From a virus, in the IMG/VR virus record IMGVR_UViG_3300050821_010487, positions 18,336 to 82,335 of that record: DNA of 64,000 nt; one strand, written 5' to 3'. The first letter of the stretch is position 1. Each line of letters begins with the position of its first letter. Both the position numbers and the translations under genes were made by a program. The notes beneath the pieces are model-generated. The model saw only the letters and a program-made list of their open reading frames with translations, was not told the DNA's origin and searched no databases. Shown here piece by piece: positions 1-9,209 of this stretch.

Positions 1-58
1 CGGTCCCCGGCCGTGGCCCCCGGATGGGCTGGAACATTCACGACCTCTGGGCGGTGCG

Positions 59-295
59 ATGACTCAGTACTGCGACTTTTCCGACCTGCCGGTGGCGTCA
101 TGCGCCCACTGCAAGGCAGGCGGCAGGGTCCTTCCCGCGGAAATCGAGATGACCGAGGCCGGCCCCGCCAGGGGGCCGTGGATCACCGCCCAGTACTCCG
201 GCCGGTGCGTGCTCAACCGGGGCCATCAGATCAAGCCCGGCGACCAGATCCGCTCCGACGGCGAGGGGGCGTGGCTGTGCGCTTCGTGTGGATGA
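59..295 (+). CDS. Small Cys-rich hypothetical protein
   Basis: 78 aa, CxxC motifs (CAHC, CASC); overlaps recA start. Confidence 0.7.
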   Translation: MTQYCDFSDLPVASCAHCKAGGRVLPAEIEMTEAGPARGPWITAQYSGRCVLNRGHQIKPGDQIRSDGEGAWLCASCG

Positions 296-1388
296 ACCTC
301 AAAGGACGGTGGTAGCAGTGGCAAACCCCAAGCTGGCCGCGTTCGCGGCCAAGATGGTGACTGATTACGGCGCGGCGAAGGTCTCGAACGAGCCTCCCCC
401 GGTGATCGTGCCGACAGGCATCACAAGCATGGACTGGGCGCTGGCGATCGGCGGCTGGCAGCTCGGCCGGATCTACGAGATCGTCGGGCCGAAAGACGCC
501 GGGAAGACCCTGGTAGTCATCTACGCGCTGCGCGAGCACCGGAAGAAGTTCCCCGACCGGGGCGTGGTCTACGTCAACATCGAGAAGACCTTCTCGGGCA
601 AGTGGGCACGGCTCCACGGACTTGACTGTTCCGACGACGCCCGCAGTGCCGGGACGTGGCTGCCGCTGCAGGCCAGCACCAGCGAGGAAGCCAGCAACAT
701 GGCCCGTGATGCCATCGGCAGCGGCCTGTACTCCTGCCTTGCGATCGACTCCGTCGGCGCTATGGAGAGCGCCAAGGTCCTGGACCTGGAAGCCGGCAAG
801 GACACGATGGGCAAGAACGCCCAGGTGATCACCAAGCTGGTCAAGGCCCTGGCCGGCCTCGGCGCTGAGCACCAGTGCACGGTCCTGCTGGTCAACCAGC
901 CGCGCGCCAACTTCTCGATGTTCGGCGGCGACATCTCGGCCGGCCCGAAGGCGCTGACACACTCGACCACGGCCCAGATCAAGATGAGCAGCCTGAGCGG
1001 CGTGAAAGACGTCAGGAAGCTGCGGCTGCTCGGCGACGACGCGGCAGAACTCACGACCATCGGCGCCCGGTCGGTCGCGCGGGTGCCGAGGATGAAGAAC
1101 GGCACCCCCGGCCGTAAGGCCGACTGGTTCATCATGAAGCAGGCTTCGGCTGAGTTCGGGCCGGCGGGGGTGGACCTCGCCGACGACGCCCTGTCTCTCG
1201 GCATCAGGCTCCAGGTGATCGAGCGGTCCGGCAACAGCCACTACATCCTGCCTGGCGGCAAGAAGTTCAACGGCCGCGATGCCGTCGGCGCCTACCTCCG
1301 TAAGAACCCTGAGGCCATGGCGGAGATCCGCGCCGCGATCCCCTTCGAAGACCCGATCCTCGATCCGACGGAAGAGGCGACTGCCTGA
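288..1388 (+). CDS. recA: RecA-like recombinase
   Basis: PTGITSMDWALAIGG, GRIYEIVGPKDAGKT (Walker A), IDSVGA (Walker B), NQPR, GPKAL. Confidence 0.95.
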   Translation: MDEPQRTVVAVANPKLAAFAAKMVTDYGAAKVSNEPPPVIVPTGITSMDWALAIGGWQLGRIYEIVGPKDAGKTLVVIYALREHRKKFPDRGVVYVNIEKTFSGKWARLHGLDCSDDARSAGTWLPLQASTSEEASNMARDAIGSGLYSCLAIDSVGAMESAKVLDLEAGKDTMGKNAQVITKLVKALAGLGAEHQCTVLLVNQPRANFSMFGGDISAGPKALTHSTTAQIKMSSLSGVKDVRKLRLLGDDAAELTTIGARSVARVPRMKNGTPGRKADWFIMKQASAEFGPAGVDLADDALSLGIRLQVIERSGNSHYILPGGKKFNGRDAVGAYLRKNPEAMAEIRAAIPFEDPILDPTEEATA

Positions 1389-2260
1389 TGCCACCCACTC
1401 CGACCACCGCCGAGATGGGCGAGCGCCACGTGCGCCACGTCGCTGAGGTCCTGGGCGCTCACACGACCAAGGCCAGCGGCGCCACGGCCACCGACAAGGC
1501 TGACGGAGCCCACCACCACGACCTGCCATTCGCCTTCCGGTTCGACGGCAAGTCCACCAAGGGCCAGCAGATCGCCGTCACCCTGGCCATGGTCGAAAAG
1601 ATCTGCGAGCAGGCTGGCGGCGAGCGCCCGGCCCTGCCGCTGCGCTGGTACGGCAACGGGATGCTGACCCAGGTCCTGGCCGACTGGATCGCGGTGCAGC
1701 TCGTGGACTTCGCCGAGGTTTTGGCTTCGGCCCGCGCCTGGGCGGAGGTAGTACGCCGGCTGAACGATCCCCTCGCCGACCCGGGTGACGTTGCCGAGCG
1801 GGCCATGTCCGTACGGGACAAAGATGCTGCCCTGCAGCGCATAGCGGAATCTAACGAGAGCCAGGGCGACATCATCGGGGCGCTGGCGGAGGAGAATGAT
1901 CAGCTCCGGGAGCGCCTGGAGGCAGCGAACGCCTGGAAGGTGACCCAGGCGCAGATCCAGCCTGACCCCCGCGTCCTGGGCGGGCCCGCCATCCCCGGCT
2001 ATATCCCGGTACTGCCCTGGACCGTTATCCACCAGGTTCATACCGCTGGCACCGTCAAGAACGGCGGGGTTCATTACGACGAGCGCGGCTACCAGAGCAC
2101 GTTCAGTGCCGGCGAGGTCCGGGTGGAGCGGTCACCGGGCAGCACGAACCGGCCGAGGCTGATGGTCAACAACGTCAGGGTGCCCAAGGGGGCCATGTAC
2201 GTGGACGGGGTGCTGCGCGTCCTGGTCTGCGACAGCAACCGGGAGATCGAGGTCGGCTGA
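1388..2260 (+). CDS. Hjc-like PD-(D/E)xK nuclease with coiled-coil and C-terminal domain
   Basis: N-terminal GE..., SGA, D...FDGKST restriction-fold pattern; coupled to recA. Confidence 0.6.
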   Translation: MPPTPTTAEMGERHVRHVAEVLGAHTTKASGATATDKADGAHHHDLPFAFRFDGKSTKGQQIAVTLAMVEKICEQAGGERPALPLRWYGNGMLTQVLADWIAVQLVDFAEVLASARAWAEVVRRLNDPLADPGDVAERAMSVRDKDAALQRIAESNESQGDIIGALAEENDQLRERLEAANAWKVTQAQIQPDPRVLGGPAIPGYIPVLPWTVIHQVHTAGTVKNGGVHYDERGYQSTFSAGEVRVERSPGSTNRPRLMVNNVRVPKGAMYVDGVLRVLVCDSNREIEVG

Positions 2261-2262
2261 CC

Positions 2263-3024
2263 ATGCCCACGTTCTCCGACACCAGCCACTGGGCGGCCGA
2301 CGGCTGCCTGATCAAGCCCCTGTTCTTCCGGTTCTTCAACGACCCCGACGTGCCGTTCGAGTTCAACTTGCGGGTGTCGCGGCCGGTGCGGCGCAAGCCC
2401 GACGGGTGGTTCCACGCCAGCACCCACCCGCTGGCCGACGAGCAGCAGCTCTGCCTCTACATGTCCGACCCGGAGAAGTACGCCCGCGAGCCCCTGGACT
2501 ACATCGGGGCGATGTCGGTGATGTTCGGGTCCCTCGGGCATGCGGTGATCGAGGCGTTCCTGGACAAGATCGGCGTGGCTGTGCCGCTGCCCGAGGGCCC
2601 GTGCCCGGCCTGTGGCCGCCCCCGGAGGCCGCTGCGGGCCCATCCGGACCCGGGCAAGTACTGCACCGAGCACGGCGCGGCCGACCTGGCGACGCGCTCC
2701 CGCTGCCACCTGGACTCGATCGTTGACTTCAGGCAGGCCGGGGTGTTCGGCTTCGATTTCAAGTCGATCAACCAGTTCGGGCTGAGCAAGGTCCCCGACA
2801 TGGACGAGCTGGCGTTCCGGGCGAAGTGGCCCGGCTACTGGGCGCAGATGCAGGAGTGCATGCGGCTGACCGGGCTGCGCCGCTACATCGTCTTCTTCCT
2901 GACCATGGGCCTGCCGTGGGAGACCAGGGAGTTTCACTTCGACTACGACCCGGCGTTCGCCGCGCAGACCGAGGCCAAGTACAGGCGGGTCATCCAGCGG
3001 GCCGGCCTGGAGGTGCCGGCATGA
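2263..3024 (+). CDS. Cas4/RecB-like PD-(D/E)xK exonuclease
   Basis: HAS, GSLGH, HLD...FDFKS, YWAQMQECM motifs. Confidence 0.75.
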   Translation: MPTFSDTSHWAADGCLIKPLFFRFFNDPDVPFEFNLRVSRPVRRKPDGWFHASTHPLADEQQLCLYMSDPEKYAREPLDYIGAMSVMFGSLGHAVIEAFLDKIGVAVPLPEGPCPACGRPRRPLRAHPDPGKYCTEHGAADLATRSRCHLDSIVDFRQAGVFGFDFKSINQFGLSKVPDMDELAFRAKWPGYWAQMQECMRLTGLRRYIVFFLTMGLPWETREFHFDYDPAFAAQTEAKYRRVIQRAGLEVPA

Positions 3025-3653
3025 CCATCGCCCCCGGGGAGCTGCGCGGCCGTCTCCGCGAGCGCAGGAAGCCTGCCCCGCCGCCGTGGAAGCCGCCGCC
3101 GCTGCTGGCGTTCCGCGGCTTCCTGCGGCTCCTGGCGTGGGATGCCACCTTGTCCCATTGCGGGTACGTGCTGCTGGAGCGCACCCACCACCTGGTGGTG
3201 ATCCACGACCGTGGCACCATCCACCCGAAAACTGACCTGACCGGCTACCTGTCCACGTGGGAGAAGGGCCGGCTGCTGCAGGCCGAGATCCGCGGCGTCC
3301 AGGCTGACCACAAGGGCGTGACCCAGGTGGTCGAGAGCCCGTCCGTGGCTGGCAGCCGCCTGGAGTCGTCACTGGTCGCCGGGCTGCTGGTCTGGCTGGA
3401 AACCGTGGGCCCTGCCGGGACGGGCTGCGCCCAGGTCTCCGCCACCCACGTTTCGTCGGTGCTGCTCGGCAACCCCCGGATCAAGAGCGCCGAGCGGAAG
3501 AAGATGATCAAAGAGGCCGTGGCCCGGTACGTCCCCGGGAGCGAGGCCAGGCCCTGGAACGAGCACGAGCGTGACGCGCTCGCTGTCGGCCTCACCCATC
3601 TGTACGACCTGAACCAGCGGCTGGGCACCTTCACGATGCCCAGCTTCACCTGA
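3021..3653 (+). CDS. ruvC: RuvC-like Holliday junction resolvase
   Basis: LLAWDATLSHCGY, VVESP, HERDALAVG; ATG 3021 overlaps upstream stop. Confidence 0.8.
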   Translation: MTIAPGELRGRLRERRKPAPPPWKPPPLLAFRGFLRLLAWDATLSHCGYVLLERTHHLVVIHDRGTIHPKTDLTGYLSTWEKGRLLQAEIRGVQADHKGVTQVVESPSVAGSRLESSLVAGLLVWLETVGPAGTGCAQVSATHVSSVLLGNPRIKSAERKKMIKEAVARYVPGSEARPWNEHERDALAVGLTHLYDLNQRLGTFTMPSFT

Positions 3654-3663
3654 GGAGATCCCC

Positions 3664-4356
3664 ATGAGCGACGCAAGAGATCAGGCGGACCGGGTACTGG
3701 CGGCGATCGACCGGCCGGAAGACCCGGCCGGCGAGAGCCCGATGGACCCGGCGATCCCCCCGGACCGCACCCGGCAGTTCAACGGCACCCAGCTATCCCG
3801 GATGAAGCGGAGCTGGGCCGGCGACGAGGCCATCGCGATGGGCGACATCAACTACGCCGCGGAGCAGGCCATCGAGGGCCTGTTCGGCCGCGCGATCCGG
3901 CTGATCGACCGGCTCCGGTCCATCGCCCAGACCCCCATCGAGATCAACGGCGAGATCCAGTACCACCTGAACGGGAAGCCGAAGGTCCGGGTGGACGAGT
4001 ACGGCGACCCGATCGAGGACTGGTCCCGGCTGGGTCCCGAGCAGGCGAAGAACTTCCTCTTCGTCATCAACACCAGCCTGTTCGAGTGGGAAGCCGTCAA
4101 GGTGCGGCTGTGGGGCGAGGCGATGTTCGCCAAGGGCCTGTGGGAGCAGGCATTCTCGTACGGTTTCCGCGTAAGGGGCGGAGAAGCCATTTCAGGCAAG
4201 CCCACCATTGATGACAAGACCCAGATGGGTCATCTCAATTCCGCCCAAGACCGGTTCTTCGGTATCTTCTGCGCAGTCCTCAGCCGGAGGGCAGACGTCC
4301 TGGTCATGCGCCTGGACCGCATCCAGTGGATGCTGGAGAAGACCCTGGATAGCTGA
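3664..4356 (+). CDS. Hypothetical phage protein
   Basis: 230 aa, GAGGAG RBS, GC3-rich codons. Confidence 0.85.
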   Translation: MSDARDQADRVLAAIDRPEDPAGESPMDPAIPPDRTRQFNGTQLSRMKRSWAGDEAIAMGDINYAAEQAIEGLFGRAIRLIDRLRSIAQTPIEINGEIQYHLNGKPKVRVDEYGDPIEDWSRLGPEQAKNFLFVINTSLFEWEAVKVRLWGEAMFAKGLWEQAFSYGFRVRGGEAISGKPTIDDKTQMGHLNSAQDRFFGIFCAVLSRRADVLVMRLDRIQWMLEKTLDS

Positions 4357-4368
4357 AACAGCTTTCCT

Positions 4369-4404
4369 TGACACGCCCGGGGAAGTGATTCCGCGGGCGT
4401 GTCA
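4369..4404 (+). terminator. Long stem-loop after recombination operon
   Basis: TGACACGCCCG-G-GGAA-(GTGA)-TTCC-G-CGGGCGTGTCA: 15 bp stem, one mismatch, GNRA loop. Confidence 0.55.
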
Positions 4405-4501
4405 GGCATTCCCTCCCTTCCATGCTTTACAATCCCGCCAGGACACTGGATGCCCTGGAGTTTTTTGGGGTGGAGCTGGGAGGTGCGCAGTAGACCACCG
4501 C

Positions 4502-4909
4502 GTGCTGAGAGAACTATTCCGGCATCTCCAGGCATTTGAGGCCCTATTCGAAACTGAGGGCAAAGATGCCATAACTGGACCGGACGGGACGACCTACTCA
4601 CTCCACGATCTGCGCCGCCTCTACGACATGAGGCACCGGGTGCTCCCCCCGCAGCGGGCCAGGGCCATCGAGTTCTTCCTCTACCGCGACATGCGTGAGC
4701 AGGACGCGGCGGTCGCGATGGGCCTGTCCGTGGCAACCCCGGTTGCCATCTACGCCACCCAGGGGCTCAGGCAGCTAGCGGACGAGTGGAACGCGACGTG
4801 CCAGGACGAGGAGGGCCGCGGGGATGACAGCCAGCACGATGAGGCTGCGGCACGGCGTCTGCCGGGAGCTGGAGTCGCAGGCAGACGAGCTGATACGGCA
4901 GTCGCTTAA
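4502..4909 (+). CDS. Sigma-70 region 4-like HTH protein (start uncertain)
   Basis: LPPQRARAIEFFLYRDMREQDAAVAMGLS...YATQGLRQL resembles sigma region 4. Confidence 0.65.
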   Translation: MLRELFRHLQAFEALFETEGKDAITGPDGTTYSLHDLRRLYDMRHRVLPPQRARAIEFFLYRDMREQDAAVAMGLSVATPVAIYATQGLRQLADEWNATCQDEEGRGDDSQHDEAAARRLPGAGVAGRRADTAVA

Positions 4910-5156
4910 AGGGGTCACCAGCCGCGAGGCGAAGTCGGACATCCTCACCGAGTGGAAGCAGCAGGACCGGCTCGACCACGAGGTCTACACGGCCGCGGGC
5001 GTCGCCGACCCGGCTGTCCGCCAGGGCATGTTCACCAGGGCGTGGAACTCGAAGTACCCGCACCTGAACAGCCGCGACGGCCACTACCCGGTGCGGCGGG
5101 CGCAGGACGGCCTGGACACCCATACCGGCGACGAGATCCACGACCTTGGCGAGTAA
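4824..5156 (+). CDS. Hypothetical protein
   Basis: 110 aa, coding-like codon usage. Confidence 0.7.
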   Translation: MTASTMRLRHGVCRELESQADELIRQSLKGVTSREAKSDILTEWKQQDRLDHEVYTAAGVADPAVRQGMFTRAWNSKYPHLNSRDGHYPVRRAQDGLDTHTGDEIHDLGE

Positions 5157-5754
5157 ACAGCTCACCCGCCGCGTCGTCATCGGCGGCCAGAGCTACGACA
5201 AGCCCTGGGACCCTTCCTGCGGCGCCTGCCGGTCGCCGTGGCTGCAGCAGATCGACGTGATGCTGGCCGAGGGCTACGCGCTGCTGCAGATCCGCAAGCA
5301 CCTGTCCGGGCTCAAGCCGGCCTGCCCGAACGCCGAGATCCTCCGCGCCCACATCCCGCACCTGGCCGGCCCGCACCGCAAGGCCCGGATGGCGTTCGAG
5401 GCCGAGGCAGAGGCCCGGGGCGACAACACCGACTCGGCGGGGGCGCAACTGACCGATGCGCTCCAGGCGATAGTCCGGGCGGGCAGCGAGCGGCTGGCGC
5501 TCGGCGACCTGGACATCCAGGCGAAGGACTCCCTCAAGGCCATCCAGCTTCTGCTGCAGCTACAGCGCTCCCAGGCTGCGGAAGGGGTGGAGGCGTCTGC
5601 GTGGCAGGCGGCCTTCATGGAGTTCTTCGAGATCGTCCGCAAGCACCTGACCCCGTCCCAGTGGAGGGCGTTCGTGACTGACGTCTATGACTCCCCGGCG
5701 ATCCGGGCGGTGCTCACCGGGCAGTCCCCAGCGATCCCCGGAGGGGCACCGTGA
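5146..5754 (+). CDS. Hypothetical protein, candidate terminase small subunit
   Basis: CxxC plus HTH-like N-terminus, helical C-terminus, 1 kb upstream of terL; function inferred from position. Confidence 0.45.
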   Translation: MASKQLTRRVVIGGQSYDKPWDPSCGACRSPWLQQIDVMLAEGYALLQIRKHLSGLKPACPNAEILRAHIPHLAGPHRKARMAFEAEAEARGDNTDSAGAQLTDALQAIVRAGSERLALGDLDIQAKDSLKAIQLLLQLQRSQAAEGVEASAWQAAFMEFFEIVRKHLTPSQWRAFVTDVYDSPAIRAVLTGQSPAIPGGAP

Positions 5755-6152
5755 CCACTGACATCCTGAACGTCCTCGACAGCGAGGTCCTGGCGATCGA
5801 GCGTGTGCACCTGGCGCTGCAGGACCGCGCCCGGGGCCGGAAGCTGAACTACGGCAACTTCGAGCGCGAGGCCACGGAGCGGTTCGCGGAGATCGGGTTC
5901 ACGATCGCGGTCAACTGGTACCGGTTCTCGGTGGACGGCGCCGAGCAGAAGGACGCCGCGATGCCGGAGATCACGATCAACGGCCGCACCGAGGCGAAAG
6001 CCTGGGACCCCGACCGGCAGGTCCACGAGGCCGTCCACAACATCCTGGAGCTGCCCGGCCAGGAGGGCTGGATCAAGACCGACCCGGATACCCTCAAGCG
6101 GTTCCTCGGCGACCAGGGAGGGCATGGACATGGCCACAAGCACCAGCACTGA
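5751..6152 (+). CDS. Hypothetical protein with His-rich C-terminus
   Basis: 133 aa, GTGA overlap, RBS. Confidence 0.8.
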   Translation: MTTDILNVLDSEVLAIERVHLALQDRARGRKLNYGNFEREATERFAEIGFTIAVNWYRFSVDGAEQKDAAMPEITINGRTEAKAWDPDRQVHEAVHNILELPGQEGWIKTDPDTLKRFLGDQGGHGHGHKHQH

Positions 6153-6405
6153 CCGGGGTGTCCCTGAGCCGCCCCGGCTGGCGGCGGCGGCTCATGCGAT
6201 CCATGCGATCTGGCAGCCACCAGCGGGCGACGGTGACGCCGTGGACGCTTACACGCTTGCGCGGGCCGCTCTTTCAGCTCAGCCCGACGGCCCCCTCGTC
6301 CAGGTCCTCGCTGAGGTCCGCGACGAGCTGCGCGCCCTGCGCGAGCTGATCCACGACGCCGTGGTGGGCGAGCTGGTGGACACTTCAGGCCCAGAAGGTA
6401 TGTGA
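6124..6405 (+). CDS. Hypothetical protein
   Basis: 93 aa filling gap in operon. Confidence 0.55.
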   Translation: MDMATSTSTDRGVPEPPRLAAAAHAIHAIWQPPAGDGDAVDAYTLARAALSAQPDGPLVQVLAEVRDELRALRELIHDAVVGELVDTSGPEGM

Positions 6406-6731
6406 CCACCTGGCCAGCTCGCCGCGTAGCGGACATGGACGCACTGGAGCGGCCCGGGGATTACTGCGGCCCGTTCCCCATCATCTACGGCCCGGGTGAC
6501 GAGCGAAAGGTCGTGTGGTTCCTGCTGCCCCTGCACGAAGGTGCCGGCAGGTTCGACCGGCCCACCCCGGGAAGCGGACTGCACGGCGTCTACGAGCCGC
6601 CGTGGACGTTCCGGGAGTGTGGGGGCGGCTCCCTGGAGATCCGGGCGTCGATCGCCTGCGGGCGCGGCTCCCCGGACGGCGAGTACTTCCATGGCTACCT
6701 CGATGAGGGCAACATCTGGCGGTCGGCCTGA
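6402..6731 (+). CDS. Hypothetical protein
   Basis: 109 aa, coupled to terL. Confidence 0.7.
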   Translation: MTTWPARRVADMDALERPGDYCGPFPIIYGPGDERKVVWFLLPLHEGAGRFDRPTPGSGLHGVYEPPWTFRECGGGSLEIRASIACGRGSPDGEYFHGYLDEGNIWRSA

Positions 6732-8857
6732 TGGCGATCAGCCGCTGGCAGGCGCCGGATACCCAGGCGGCCGGGCCGCTGGACGTCCTGTCGTGGTTCG
6801 ATGGGCCCCCGGTGCCGGACCCGGTCACTTTCGTCATCGGTGAGGAGTGGCTGGGGAAGCCGAACCTGTATCCCCGCCAGGTGACGCTGCTGAAGCTCAT
6901 CTTCCTGCGCGACGACCTGTTCACCGACTACGACCGGGCGGTCATTGACGAGTGGTGCCAGCGGTTCGCCGACACCAACCCTGACGCCGAGGACAACAAG
7001 TTCTCCGCCCGGACCAAGGGCCTCCAGCCGGACATCTACGAGCGGATCGCCTACCTGAAGCGGCGCGGCTACAAGTGGTTCCCCGAGGTGATCCTTGCGA
7101 TCGGCCGGCGCGGCTCGAAGGGGTACCTGTCGGCGCTGTGCATGGCGTACGTGCTGTGGAACTACATCGCCAAGGGCAACCCGCAGGAGTTCTACGGCAT
7201 CGACCAGGAGAAGCCGCTGGCGGTCGCGATCTTCGCCGGCAAGAAGGAGCAGGCGAAGGAGAACCTGTGGGGTGACCTGTACTCGGTGCTGACCACCGCG
7301 CCGTGCTACACGTCCTACATCTCCGAGCCGCAGGCCGAGAGCCTGACGATCTACGCGCCGTACGACTTCGTCCGGATGCACAAGATGGCCCAGCGGGGCA
7401 TCTCCACGACCAAGGACGCGGCCAGCTTCCGGGTGGTTCCCCGGGAGTCCACGCCGCTGGCCCCCCGTGGCCCGGCCGGGTGCATCCTCGGCTTTGACGA
7501 GGCCGCGCACGTGAAAAACGCCGGCGTCACCCGGGAGTTCGGCATCGTCTACGGCGCGGCTAAGCCGTCCCTCGACCAGTTCGGCACCGACGGCTTCATC
7601 GTGCTGCCGTCCTCCACCTGGGAGATGATCGGCAAGTTCTACGAGCTGTGGAACCTGTCGCTGCAGCGCGAGCCGGGCCCCGAGCCCGGCGAGTACTTCC
7701 CGGCCTACCCCACCAAGTTCATGGTCCAGCTCGAATCGTGGGCGCCGTACGAGGACTGGGAGCGGGCCCCGCTGATCCCGCTGTTCCCGGCCGGTTACCG
7801 CGGCGACCTTGGCGAGTACGAGCCGGACGCGCTGCCGACCCTCCAGCCGCTCAAGGGCGCTATCCAGGCCTACGACGAGGAGATGGCGAGGGAGGAGAAG
7901 GCCAACCCCGACACATTTGCCGTAGAGAGAAGATCAGACTGGGCTACGGCGATGGACGCCTACCTGAACACCGCCAAGATCGATGCGATGTTCTCCCCAT
8001 GGGAGGGGCGGCTGCCGGACTACGGCCGGCCCGAGCTGATGATGCAGGTGTCCGGCCCGATGTCGATCGACTACTCCGCGCACGGCGACCCGGCCTCGGT
8101 CAACTGCCGCTTCGGTTTCGCGGTCGCGCACACCGAGCCGGGCCGCGACGGCCTGGACCACGCGGTGTTCGACCTGATCCACTTCTGGGACCCGGCCGAC
8201 TTCGAGGGCCACATCATCGACTACGACGAGGTCATCGGGTGGATCTACGACAACGTCGTGATGCGGTTCATGCCGGGGGAGCTGACCTTCGACCAGTTCA
8301 ACTCGGTCGCCTCGGTCCAGGCGCTGCAGAAGAAGGTCCGCGCATCCCGGCTGCCGAAGAACGTCCTGGTGTACGAGCGGACCGCGACGGCGCCGCTGAA
8401 CTGGTCCACCTGGGAGACGTTCAAGGCGGCGCTCAACATGGGGTTCGTGCACGCGCCGCTGCACGGCGAGGCCAAGGACGAGCTGAAGTTCGTGCAGAAG
8501 CCCGAGGGGGTCCAGAAGGTGGTCCCGGCCGACTCCGGGCCGGTGCAAACGAAGGACATTGCCGACTGCATCGCGATCGTGTCGGCGCGGCTGCTCGGCG
8601 AGCAGATGAAGGCCTACCTGGCCAAGGACCTGAAGAACCAGCGGCCTCACGTGGCGATGCAGGGCTACGACGCGATGGACCGGTTCTCCCCCGATGCCGG
8701 CAACCCGTATTCGGCGGCCCTGGGCGGTCTCGGCGGCCGTGGTGCGCTGTCGCGGGGGATGCGCCCGGGGATGCCGGGGGCGGCCGGGAGGATGGGCAGA
8801 GTCCCGGCTGGCCGGCTGGGCAACGGGCCCGCGGGGATGCGCCGGCATAGATCCTGA
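6731..8857 (+). CDS. terL: Terminase large subunit
   Basis: LYPRQ adenine motif, IGRRGSKG Walker A, ILGFDEAAH Walker B, LPSS, nuclease motifs HGDPA, TFDQF, KDIAD. Confidence 0.92.
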   Translation: MAISRWQAPDTQAAGPLDVLSWFDGPPVPDPVTFVIGEEWLGKPNLYPRQVTLLKLIFLRDDLFTDYDRAVIDEWCQRFADTNPDAEDNKFSARTKGLQPDIYERIAYLKRRGYKWFPEVILAIGRRGSKGYLSALCMAYVLWNYIAKGNPQEFYGIDQEKPLAVAIFAGKKEQAKENLWGDLYSVLTTAPCYTSYISEPQAESLTIYAPYDFVRMHKMAQRGISTTKDAASFRVVPRESTPLAPRGPAGCILGFDEAAHVKNAGVTREFGIVYGAAKPSLDQFGTDGFIVLPSSTWEMIGKFYELWNLSLQREPGPEPGEYFPAYPTKFMVQLESWAPYEDWERAPLIPLFPAGYRGDLGEYEPDALPTLQPLKGAIQAYDEEMAREEKANPDTFAVERRSDWATAMDAYLNTAKIDAMFSPWEGRLPDYGRPELMMQVSGPMSIDYSAHGDPASVNCRFGFAVAHTEPGRDGLDHAVFDLIHFWDPADFEGHIIDYDEVIGWIYDNVVMRFMPGELTFDQFNSVASVQALQKKVRASRLPKNVLVYERTATAPLNWSTWETFKAALNMGFVHAPLHGEAKDELKFVQKPEGVQKVVPADSGPVQTKDIADCIAIVSARLLGEQMKAYLAKDLKNQRPHVAMQGYDAMDRFSPDAGNPYSAALGGLGGRGALSRGMRPGMPGAAGRMGRVPAGRLGNGPAGMRRHRS

Positions 8858-8924
8858 CTGCGATCGGTTGTCATGATCGGCTTACCATGGCAAGGAATGT
8901 GAACCTCCACGAACCGGGAGAATC

Positions 8925-9143
8925 ATGGCAACGACCGGTGGCACCGAGACGGCCAGCAAGATCGGCGGCCGGCCCACCGCGGCGGTGAGGTCGGGCTGCG
9001 GCGGGTGCGGGCACCCCCACGCCCTGCACAGCAACGGCAGAACCGCCTGCAAGGCCTGGGCTTGCAGGACTGGCCCCAACGGCAAGCCTTGCCAGGGCTT
9101 CGAGCCTGCCAGGGTGCATCAGGCGGCGTTAGTTACGGTCTGA
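8925..9143 (+). CDS. Small zinc-binding protein
   Basis: CGGCGHPHALH...C...C...C..F; GGAG RBS. Confidence 0.7.
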   Translation: MATTGGTETASKIGGRPTAAVRSGCGGCGHPHALHSNGRTACKAWACRTGPNGKPCQGFEPARVHQAALVTV

Positions 9144-9209
9144 CGCCGGGGGAGAGAGGCCGCTCCCCTGGCTTCGTGCTGCCCCCAGAAGGTCCAGGAG
9201 GGCACCCCC

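Noticed and set aside
2263-3024. Cas4-like gene as evidence of CRISPR-Cas
   Set aside because: Sits in a recA-ruvC recombination operon; solo Cas4-like nucleases are common in phages
6731-8857. Intein in the long terminase
   Set aside because: No intein-like C/S...HN junction motifs or LAGLIDADG seen; extra length is spread through insertions and a Gly/Arg-rich tail
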